From Octopus vulgaris (Eukaryota): a DNA stretch of 64,000 bases. The position numbers were made by a program, and so were the translations under genes. Of this stretch, positions 37,401-48,484 are shown piece by piece. Below the pieces are notes generated by a model. It was not told the DNA's origin. It saw only the letters and a list, made by a program, of their open reading frames with translations, and did not search any database. Every line of letters starts with the position of its first letter. The stretch's first letter is position 1. The stretch spans positions 16,988,001 to 17,052,000 of the forward strand of contig OX597830.1 in assembly GCA_951406725.2 (NCBI GenBank). The letters are read 5' to 3'.

Positions 37401-39416
37401 AGAAAAGAAGAGAGACTGACATTTTGCACAATTTGTCCTTTATCAAGATCAATAAATAAATGGCAAAGAAGGGACTGTCTTCTCTAACCAGACAAAGAAC
37501 AAACTATTCAAAACCCCAAAATCTTTTCATTTCTTTCACAACATAAACCTAATTTTGCTGTCTGGTTTTTTTTAACCCATAAATTGTCTTTTAGAGTACA
37601 ATGTATATTCAGTCTGTAAATTATTCTGGTACTAGTTTCTGGGGTTCAATTCCTGTCCTAAGCACACACACACTTGTCTGCATATACTGCCTGTAAGGGA
37701 CACTGTCATCTCCATCACACAATGGCTAAACAAGTTGTATATATATGTATGTATATATTCTATACTTCTATGTGCAGGTAGGAAGTTTTTATTTACAGTT
37801 CATGATAAAAATTTTTAAAAAACCAAAAAAAAAAAAAAAACAACAAAATACTTGTCCACCATCACAACCAGACCTTGAACATTGCTATCAATCCCAGAAC
37901 TAGTAGGTAGGAAGTCAGCATATTTTTCACAATTTCTCAATAGCAAATAGACTTAACAGACATTTTCTGTGCCTAATAATTTAATAATTAATAAATTATG
38001 AAGATATAGTTTTGTGAAGCCCATAAGCTGATTTTTTTTTTAATTAAGTTGGTACTAAGATGCCACAAATATTGGGGGGGGGGGGAGGTCAGTTACATCA
38101 ACTCAATTGATGTCTACTTATCCTTTCGACTTGACCAACATCTGAATTCACTACACAGATGTAACTAGGCATCTTAATATATTCTATCTGACACTACTGT
38201 TTCTGCCCTTCTTTATTTTATTGACTACCCCAGAAGGATGAAAAGCAAAGTTTGTTAACCTCAGCAGGATTTGAACTCAGAACATAAAGAACCTGAACAA
38301 AAACCACAAGGCATTTTTTTTCTTCTTTTTTTTTTGCAATGCTCTAATGATTCTCATGTTTCTAATTTAGACACAAGGCCAGCAATTCTGAGGGGAAGGA
38401 GTTAGTCAATACCATTGAACCACAGTACTTGACTGGTATTTTATTTCATAGACCCCAAAAGGATGCAAAGGCAAAGTTGACCTCAGTGGGATCTGAACTC
38501 AAAAGAGTTCAAACAAATACTGCAAAGCATTTTTTTTTTTTTTTTTTTTTTGTAATCTAACATTTCTGTTAGTCTGCCACTTTTAGGCTTATAATAATCC
38601 CTAGGATTTCTTTAACAATGATTTACTTCATGTAAGAATAGAGGCCTAAATATTTCCCTGCACAAATGAGGCATAATCATTTTATTGTTTCATTTAAAGC
38701 CATTTCTTAAATAGCAAGATTTTATAATTTTAATGTATTTTTCTTTATTTAAAAAAAAATTGTTCAAGTTTCTCCTTGAAATATTTGAACTGAAACAATA
38801 TATGTATGAAAGCTGCTGAGCAAGTATTCTTCCCACGGCAACATATTCGTTGCTGCGATACAAAGAGCATGACAAGCCTCTTGAATAAACATGTTCAGTT
38901 ATTCCAAATGCCACAACAATTTAAGAAAACCAATTTGTGTTCCATATTATTTCAATACATCAAAACCAGCCACTATCATTGAAACGAGGATTGTATTTAA
39001 TTAACAGAAAATATGCAAGAATTCAAACTGGGCATGAACCACATTAATCTCACCTAGTTTTCCCAGTCCCTCAGTTTAGGAGAGGCAGAGAAAACTTATG
39101 ATGATGGCCCTTCCCTTTTTTGAAACAAGCTAATGATTTTATATATATATATATATAATTGAGTAGTTGAATAAATTATCTTATTATGGATAATTCGGTT
39201 AACCGATACCTGGGTAGCAAATTCACGTCAGAAAAACACAGTTGAAGCTACATGCCTAGGGCAGAGATCACGTGCTATCGTGTGGAAATTTGTGTGTTTT
39301 TTTAAATACAAATTAGGAATATGCAACCTTCGAAACATATGTCGAAAATAAAATAAAGGAATTTTGTTAATTCGTCGTTCAACTCCATTCTTTCATTTAT
39401 TTGTATATATATATAT

Positions 39417-39557
39417 ATAGTATTTTATTGAAGCTGAAAAAATTCATTAACTGTTACTCAAAGTCCCATGCAAGCGATCATCAGATTGTTACGATGGTCG
39501 GTTACATGAAACTGAGTAACAGTTTATGAAATATTTTCAGCTTTGATAAAATACTAT
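39417..39557. repeat. Imperfect inverted repeat with degenerate hammerhead halves
   Basis: atagtattttat..agctgaaaa / ttttcagct..ataaaatactat; CTGATGA on minus 39478-39484, GAAA..GTA on plus 39508-39518. Confidence 0.8.
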
Positions 39558-42500
39558 TTTACTCTACCGACTGACGGACCGACCGACCTACATACAAATG
39601 CATCAACTTCAGATCATGAGACATAACTGTTTGACTAGAGAATTAAGTTTTTCTATTCTGGGAAATGATTATTTTGCAATCTACCAAGTCATTTCAGAAT
39701 AAAATGACTGAAATATATATATATATATAGGTGTAAAATAGAAAATTATTAATTTTAATGAAACAGCTAGAAATTCCAGCCAAGGATTACGTATATATGT
39801 ATATATATATATTTTGATTACTTGAAATAATTACTAAATGGCATCAAAATGCTGTTTGTATGTGCGTGAATATTACCACTGCCGTTTCACAATATTTTAG
39901 ACATTTAAAAAGGAAAATAATAAAAGAATTATTGTCAACATTATGTAAAGGATAAAAAGAAGGAACCTAGCACCATTTACTACACCACAATCTTCCTTCG
40001 TTTATTCATTCATACATACAACTACCTATTTACAAGTATGATGAATTCAGATATTTTGCAATGTCATGGTTATTATTGGCAGGTGTTGGGGGGATGGGGG
40101 GTGAAGCTTAATAAGCCTTTAATCATCCACATCTGTAATCATGTTAAATAAAAAAAACTAAATGCCCTCATCCAGTTTGGTCTCTAAGAACTTTGAAGCA
40201 ATGTCAATAATTAGCAACATTAGCTGGTTTCTTAATGAAAACTTATAACTATGCAGTATCACAAATAATAATAATAATCCTTTCTACTATAGGCATAAGG
40301 CCTGAAATTGGGGGTGGGGGGCAGTCAATTACATCAATCCCAGTGCTCAACTGGTACTTATTTTATCGACCCCAAAAGGGAGAAAAGCAAAGTTGACCCC
40401 AGCGGCATTTGAACTCAGAATCTGAAGACAAACAAAATACTGCTAAGCATTTCACCTGGCGTGCTAACGATTCTGCCAGCTCACCCCCTTAATAATAATA
40501 ATAATAATCCTTTCTGCTAAAGGCACAAAGCCTGAAATTTTGTAGGAGGGTACTAGTTCATTACATTGACCCCAGTGTGTAACTGGTACTTATTTTATCG
40601 ACCCTGAAAGGATGAAAGGCAAAGTTGACCCCAGCGGAATTTGAACTCAGAAAGTGAAGACAGCAGCATTTTGTCTGGTGTGCTAACAATTCTGCCAGTT
40701 CGCTACCTTAATAATAATTACAATAATAATAATACACACATACAAAATGACTACTGGTGCAGCTAGAGGTTACTTAATTATTTAATTAAAATAATAATTG
40801 GATACTGTTGCCCTTATGTTAAACACATTATTTAATATCACTGCACTATATTAAACATAACTATTACATATCGGGAATCATTTCTGTTATATAGAAAGGA
40901 AATATTTAATATCAAGCTCTGCAAACTGAAGAATTTATCATTCATGACAGAAAACCCCCCAAAAATACTATTGTAAGGAATTCAGTAGTCTGTGTACCCT
41001 AATGTTTATACAAAAATAAAAATTTTATCAACAACTAAAGACACCCTACAACAGAAATGCTAATGTAGTTATTTTTGTCTTTGGCATAAGGCCATCATCT
41101 TTAGTGGAGGAAGGAACAGCTGATTAAATTGACATCACTATTATTTAACTGGACCTTATTTTATCAACCCTGGAAGAATGACAAGTGAAGTGAGCCTGGG
41201 ATTCCGGCTCAGAAAGTAAAATGGGATACGTGTGAATATACTGTAAAGTATTTTGTACAACACTAGCAATTATAACAATCTACTACCCATACAAAATGTG
41301 AATATGTTATGAATAAATAGTGAAAATATGAGGTGGGGGGGGGGGGAGAATTAATGAAATCATTGAAATTTTAAGTAATAAAAACTGAGTTCAAAAATTC
41401 AAAAATTCAATTTAAAATGTAAACTGTAGCAACTGAAGCACAGGAAATACAGTTAGGTATTTTACATAATTTGTAGAATAATACATGAGTAAAAAAAATA
41501 AATCAAGACAACACAGAAAGAGACATTCAAGAAACAAAAGTTCACTCAATTTTCCATTTGAGTTAGCATATCATGAAAAAAGGGGGAAAAAATGGTACAT
41601 AACCAAAATACATGATCATTCCTGATAAACAGTTTATAAAGCATCAGGTTGCAAGGGCAATTTGACAACTGTCTTAATGTAGTACAAGGAGACTATACAA
41701 CTCGGTGTTGCAAAAGTTATCTTAATTTCAGCTAAGGTGTGTGTGAGAAGATTCCAAACAGAAGACCAGTCCACTGCATAGGTTCTGTAGGTAACTCACT
41801 CATAAATAGGTTGTTGAACTAAGCAGAAGTTTTTTATGATTGATTGTTTGGGTAAAATTGCAAATTAAACAGTACAACTTGCTCAGTTTAGAATCACTGT
41901 TAATTGGCAGAATTGTTAGAACACTGGATAAAATACCTTGTAGTGTTTGCTCTGGATCTTTTGCTTTGAGTTTAAATCCTTCTCAAGTCAGCTTTGCTTT
42001 TCATCCTTCCAGGGTCAATAAAATATAATACCAGTCTAGGGCAGTGGATTGGAAGAATTGATAAAGCATCGGGAGAAAATACTTAGCAGTATTTCTTCTA
42101 GATATTTACAACCAGAGTCTACTACAACCAAACAGGTGAAGTAAACCCAGTTCTATTTAACCAAGGAAATGATGCATTGTAAAAAGAAAAGAAAAAAAAC
42201 CCAAAGAGAACAGGAAAACATTTGTATTCTCCCATAAAAAATTCCAAGACAAGTACATAGCACCTGTCAAGGAACTCGTCATTGACAAACATAGTCACAT
42301 AGCCCTTGTCAAGGACATCATGAGAGGCTTGTTCGACAACGTGATGTTGCAAGGAAGGGAACAGTCACTGTAAAAAAGTTACTTTAAACAAGAGCAACTT
42401 TTTTTTTCTTCTTCAATTAATTGAATCAATGAATTCTGCAAATGTCTAAATAAATTAAATACCACAAATTCTGGAATAAAGTTATACTCTGGAAAATACA

Positions 42501-42857
42501 AATCCAGACTCAATGCTACTAACAGAAACTAAGAAAAAATGCTACTTGATACTGTATTAAACATTAGCTTTCAGATGTAGAATATATATATATATATATA
42601 TATATAGTTTAGAAATAAGGGTTAGTTATCTAAAACCAGTCATTTAAATCGGTAAATCAACCATAGGATAGGTAGATTTGATAGACAAGAGTCGCCAAGA
42701 GTTCCAATCATAAGTTATATATATGTATATATATTTATTTTTATATATATATAATTAATAGAGTCAAAGGGTAATCAGAAATATTTGAAATTTCCATTAC
42801 CAGTGGCCTAGCGTGTAAAAATTTAGTCAATAGACTATGTATTATTCATATAAATAC

Positions 42858-43294
42858 AGTGTACATTTACACACACAAGAGGTATCCATCATAGAATTGC
42901 TTACATGCTAGAAAGGACAGTTAAATTCCAAACCACTAATCAGGGATAAAATTTCAAAAAGAATGAAAACTAAAAACATTTACCATCTAACTCCTAGACC
43001 AATGCGTGGTAGATTTTAAAAATTAGAATGTATAAGCACGGGGCATATACTGGATTGCCTCATGTATATATATATATATATTTAATCTAAGGTGTACCTG
43101 CTGAAGAAGGCTTTGCCTAGCAAATTATTTTATTTGCTAAAAAAAGTCTGAAACCATTGGTCCAGGAGTTAGATGGTAAATGTTTTTATATTTCATTCCT
43201 TTCGAAATTTTATCCCTAATAGTGGTTTGGAATTGAACTGTCCTCTCTAGCGTGTAAGGAATCCTATGATTCTTATGTGTTTGCTCAAATGTAC

Positions 43295-43297
<3 letters not shown>
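42858..43297. repeat. Inverted repeat (~145-bp arms) enclosing the hammerhead
   Basis: 42858-43004 is the reverse complement of 43155-43297 (aaaaacatttaccatctaactcct / aggagttagatggtaaatgttttt). Confidence 0.9.
43097..43166 (+). ncRNA. Type I hammerhead ribozyme, intact core
   Basis: Stem I CCTG/CAGG; CTGAAGA 43101-43107; stem II AGGCTTT/AAAGTCT extended by TAGCAAAT/ATTTGCTA; GAAA 43150-43153; stem III ACC-ATT-GGT; GUC triplet, predicted cleavage after 43162. Confidence 0.75.
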
Positions 43298-43328
<31 letters not shown>

Positions 43329-45404
43329 GTATGTATGTATATTTATATATATCATCGTTTAACGTCCGCTTTCCATGTTAGCATGGGTTGGATGATTTTG
43401 ACTGAGGGCTAGCAAACCAGATGGCTGCACCAGGCTCCTATCTTGATCTGGCAGAGTTTCTACAGCTGGATGCCCTTCCTAACGCCAACCAGGGTAAATC
43501 CCAGCTGTTTCCTCTTGAAACGCTTCTGCTTATTCCCTTATTACAATGCAATATGTGGTCACAGTTGCTGCTGTATGTCAGTCGAAATACATTAAAATTG
43601 AGAATTTATGGAAATATTATTTGCAGAGTTGTCATATAATAAAACAGGAAAGTGGACAATTTTTTTGGTGTTATTTATTCTTCGTTACACATGCTTCGTT
43701 TGCTAAAAGGAATTATAGTTTTACATGGTAGACAGACATTGAAGATTTTCAAATAAGAAGTTCCTTACATGTCTATCTAACATGTCAATACTTTTAATTC
43801 CCATTGGCAATTGAAACAAGTGTAATGGAAAATAAATAATATCAAAAAAAATGTCCACTTTCATATTTTATTTTGTTATATATATAAATTCATATCTCAA
43901 CATAGTTTTACTTGCCAGCTAATCTTAAGTATTCTGCTTACAGAAAATGCAAATAATATACATTCTTTTGATATTTTTCAGTTACCTGGATTTAAAGAAT
44001 TAAAAAAAAAAAGAACAAAAATTATTTAAAAAAAGCGAAAAACAATGTACTCCTGGACTGTGACTGAGGTTAACAAGAAGGAAATTTACAAAGTGAAAAA
44101 GTAAGTTATTTACTATATAAATAGAAAAATATATGTATAGATATGCATAACATGGTTGCTAAATCAGATTTTTGATGTTAGCAAAAGATAACAATTCCAA
44201 ATGGATATACTTGAACTGGAATCCAGAGTATTGTGATGAGGGTTTAAAATAATTTTGGAGAAACAGTCAAAAAAATGAAACAAACTTTATACAAATATCA
44301 CTAATACGGAATCTCGTCATGTAACTATCGACAACTGTTGTTGCTAAAATAGTAAAGGAATTGCATCGGATGTAGTCGTACTATTACAGCAAGAGAGTTG
44401 GAAAGAAGGAAACCAAAAAGGATAGTTAACAAGGGGAAGATTCTTTTGAGATCAAATGAATTACAAAAAAAAAAAAAAAAAAAAGGTTTCAAAAAATGTT
44501 CAATATCTTACATAAATAATTCAATTGGGGAGGAGGAGGAGGAGGAGGAGAATATTCTGAGACTCTGCAGTTCTGACAACAATAGTAAATTTAGGTAAAA
44601 TCTGCTGGAGTAGGAAATAGTTAGTCTCAGTAAAGAGACTGAAATACGATGGCAAATTCAAGCTGCTTACTAACTTATTCTATTGATATAATTTCAAAAT
44701 AATATAAAGAACAGAGCTAGAGGAAAGAAAAACGCAGTTAGGAGCAGACTTTTTGGCACCATTTAAATATTTTTCGAAAATTTGAAGTTTTGAAGGCAAG
44801 CATTTGAAAATCTAAGGAAGATAATGGAAGTTACTGTTAATGAAAAAAATGAAGATAAAAGCTGCAACTCTTCACCTTAAGTATACTACTGTAGTTGATT
44901 GAATAATAATGAAGAAAAATTAAAATTGGAGAAACAGGTAGGGATTTCTTTAAGGTAGGAATCACTCTTAAATTTGTCGCAATTTTGCTTTTAAATGATG
45001 TCATTAATAAATCTATATGAAGTAAAGAAAAAGAAGAAGAAAAAGCCCAGAGCAAAAACGAAAAATGTCATCAGCAACAGAAATGATATCCTTCACAGGT
45101 AATGAAAGGAAATTGAAATAAACTCATGGAAATAATGGGAAGAAAATGAAGAGGTAGAGAAAGTTATTAGGCCAAAACAGATTCAAACCAAAGATGCAGT
45201 TTTTTTAAACTGCCATTAATAAATTAAAGAGAGGCTTAATTAAGAGGAGCAGCACCAACAGCAGATTAATTTGACAAGAAAGAGCAGTAAGTCATTTTGG
45301 AACTTTTGCCAAAATTATCTAACAGTGAGCACCAAACTAATAAAATCTATTGCCTCAGAAATCTATATTCAATTGGAATTCAACAAGATCTATCTTTTCT
45401 AAAG

Positions 45405-46850
45405 TCAAGATGTAGGAACCTGCTGAGGTTCTGGTACAGAGTTCTCATACAGCTCAAGATTTTCCAGTCCAATGTCTGTTCTACCCGTTGGTGTTGTTGT
45501 CAAGTCGAGAGACTTGCTCTGCAAATAATATTCTAAGTGACTCAACTTTGGAGGTAGGCTCATTCGATGCCAGTCCGTTTTCTGAAATCGGTCACTTTTT
45601 ACAGAGTCAGCAGCATTAATGAAAGTGTCATCGGAGAAGTCCAAAGTAAGCAATTCCACTTGCTCATCGTCAAGCATCTGACCAATACTGGCAAGACTTT
45701 CTGTGTCTGAATCATCCATAATATCGGAAGCAGGAGAAGGAATTTTAAGTACAGGACTCCCTTCGGACCCTCTCACGTATTTCGTTGGTGTAATATGTGG
45801 TTTATTGACAGTTCCCATTTTCCTTGGTGACGCTGTCTCACTGTTTGAGTTTAAAATCTTTGTATTCTTCGGCTGAGATTCATTTTTTGTTCCCTCATTT
45901 ATGTTTTTAACGGAGGGGACGTTAGATATTTTACGTTGTTGAAAGCCTTGCATATATGGGTCCATTTCAGCATCTACACGTAAAATGATGCCTTTCAATT
46001 TTGATCTACGTATGACTGAAGGAGAACATTCCGACATTTCTGAATTAACTCTTTGTAAATTTGGGCCTGGTTCAGTTTTACTTTTGCCCAACGTCTTAAG
46101 TGTGGCTCTCTTTTCAGTCGGTAAAGAGGCTTGCGGTTCATTGCTCTTCAAAAGAGGCGTGCTGTTTGGGTTGTGGCTGTCAGGGCTAAAAACTGATTGC
46201 TGACAAAACTGATTTTCGGAAACAAAGTTAAAATTATTAGAATTCTTAACCTTTGATTTGTAACTTGGTAATGAAATATACTCCTCTTCTAAACTTGGAG
46301 CATCATAATCCTCTTCAAAGTCAGAGGGGCTAATACTTTCTGATGTGATATTTGGAGATACATAGCTGTTGGTTTCAATAGCTTGCCGATAACTCAAACG
46401 CCGAGCCTGCTCTGGAGAGCTGAAAATCACAGATGGGGCTACAAATGATCCTTCAGATTCATCACAGTCATCTTTCAGTTGACTAACACCAGAATCTTGT
46501 TCAACAGTAGCAGAAGTGGTAGTTATGGAGAATGTGACCGGTTCCTTGCTAGCACTTTGTTGGTAAGTTGTGGGTGTGGTTAGTATATTCGAACTGTAAG
46601 TACACGTGCTAATATGAGTAACCACGGTACCATCTCCGATTTCAGACCCTTTCTCTTGACCAGGAGGTGGAGATGGGGTCTCAGACCCAACTCCGGAACC
46701 ACGAACACCTAATTGAAGATGTTTACTTTTCTCAAGCCTCCGCTCATGTATTTCATCACTGATGGATTCAAGATTTCTCAACGCCTCTGCATAAGCAGAC
46801 TTTGTATTAATAACTTCCGTTTCCAGGCGACTTACTCGATGCTTTTGTTC
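45405..46850 (-). CDS. SH3BP5L: SH3BP5L terminal coding exon (end of coiled coil ALRNLESISDEIHERR plus ~430 aa Ser/Pro-rich tail)
   Basis: Longest ORF in the window; tttcttgcAG acceptor, phase 0; 481 aa + stop. Confidence 0.95.
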   Translation of the reverse strand, partial: EQKHRVSRLETEVINTKSAYAEALRNLESISDEIHERRLEKSKHLQLGVRGSGVGSETPSPPPGQEKGSEIGDGTVVTHISTCTYSSNILTTPTTYQQSASKEPVTFSITTTSATVEQDSGVSQLKDDCDESEGSFVAPSVIFSSPEQARRLSYRQAIETNSYVSPNITSESISPSDFEEDYDAPSLEEEYISLPSYKSKVKNSNNFNFVSENQFCQQSVFSPDSHNPNSTPLLKSNEPQASLPTEKRATLKTLGKSKTEPGPNLQRVNSEMSECSPSVIRRSKLKGIILRVDAEMDPYMQGFQQRKISNVPSVKNINEGTKNESQPKNTKILNSNSETASPRKMGTVNKPHITPTKYVRGSEGSPVLKIPSPASDIMDDSDTESLASIGQMLDDEQVELLTLDFSDDTFINAADSVKSDRFQKTDWHRMSLPPKLSHLEYYLQSKSLDLTTTPTGRTDIGLENLELYENSVPEPQQVPTS

Positions 46851-47558
46851 CTGCAAGAAAAAAAACAAAAAAACATCACTTAAATTAGGTTCTTATTCAC
46901 CGGAATACAAAATACAAATTAAATAATTTGAGATAATTTCAAATTTTGGCACAAGGCCAGCAATTTCGGGGAAGTGGGTAAATTGATGACATTGATCCCA
47001 GGGCTCAACTGGTATGGTCCTTATTTTATTGATCCCAAAAGTATGAAAAGTAAAGTCAACCTCAACAGAATTTGAACTCAGAATGTAAAGATCGATGAAA
47101 TGCCGCTTAGCATTTTACCCAGCATTCTAACAATTCTGCCAGCTCACTGCCTTATAATTCAAGATAATATCTAAAAACTGCAGGAATCGTTTTATTCCAC
47201 AAATTCACCAAAACTAGGATTAGATTTTGGTCAAGAAAGCATCAACTAGCAAGTGAGAAAGAATAACACTTTTAATTTAAGCTACCAACTTTAGCTAATA
47301 AAATCTAATCTCACCATTCTTTTAGATTATTCTGTCAAGATATTTGATACCACATAACAAGAACCCTTGTAAGGCCCACATCCATAATACTTCCCATCTA
47401 TCCACCTGTATCAGTTGCTCAATAACTAAGGGAAGCATCATTATTAGAACAGTGAAAAATCACATTATTAAAAAGGTGAAAAATTACAACTTTGAGCCTC
47501 TACACAGTAACCCAACCTACTAGAAATAACAACCAAATCATCTGTTCACACTCTAGTG

Positions 47559-47777
47559 CAGTGCTTTTCAACCTTTTTGCTGGAGTGGAACCCCAAGGAA
47601 ACATTCCACTGGCTCGAGGAACCCCTATGCAATAATTTAATAGTCTTATGCACACATATCTGCACAGGAGAATTAAAAATTACTGTCGATTTTAGCATTT
47701 TTGTAACTTCTTGCAGAACCCCTGGGCTGTACTGGCGGAACCCTAAGGTTCCGCGGAACCCTGGTTGAAAACCACTG
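47559..47777. mobile_element. hAT (Charlie/Buster-like) MITE
   Basis: TIRs cagtgcttttcaacc / ggttgaaaaccactg; perfect 8-bp TSD CTCTAGTG. Confidence 0.9.
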
Positions 47778-48134
47778 CTCTAGTGTCTTAAAAAAAAGAT
47801 AAAAGAGCTGGCACAATGTAATTCTAGATATACGAATGGAGGAAATGGTCAGAACTGGAACACCTTTGATCACAGATCTGCTCAATAAAGGTTGACATAG
47901 GATCAAACAACACTCTGACTTGTATGATTGGTTATCAGGAAGCAGTTTTATGTCTTAGATCCTTAATTCGACAATGAATGATGCTACTCATGGTGATGCA
48001 GATGTTGTAGTTTGTCATGCTGAGTCTACAAATAGTTAAATATTCCCCACTTTCCACAGATCTCTTCTGCTGTTTGAAATAGTCTTGGAAATAACTTGAA
48101 TAGCACAAAATGTGGAAAAGTGTATGTGTGCATT

Positions 48135-48177
<43 letters not shown>

Positions 48178-48441
48178 AACACTTGACATATCTTATGCCA
48201 CCAGTGTTGCTGCTAATAACCTAGCCACTTTACAAACTAATATCAGCCATTTACCATATGACTGAATTTTCTCAACTATTAATTCTGCTTTTTAACCATC
48301 CTTTTACCATTCTTTACAAACTTACATTCATATACACTAAAGATCTTTAAATATAAAAAAAAAATTAAATTTTAAAATTTATTAGTTCAATTAATAGTAT
48401 TTTAATTAATATTTCATAACATTTAAAACCAAAATACTTAC

Positions 48442-48484
48442 ATCCATCACTTGATTGAATTTTACTTTCATTTCAAAATAAGGC
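48442..48484 (-). CDS. SH3BP5L: SH3BP5L 43-nt exon (K)PYFEMKVKFNQVMD
   Basis: Phase 2/0, tgcAG acceptor and GTAAGT donor; restores the conserved SKPYFE motif and the frame into the last exon. Confidence 0.93.
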
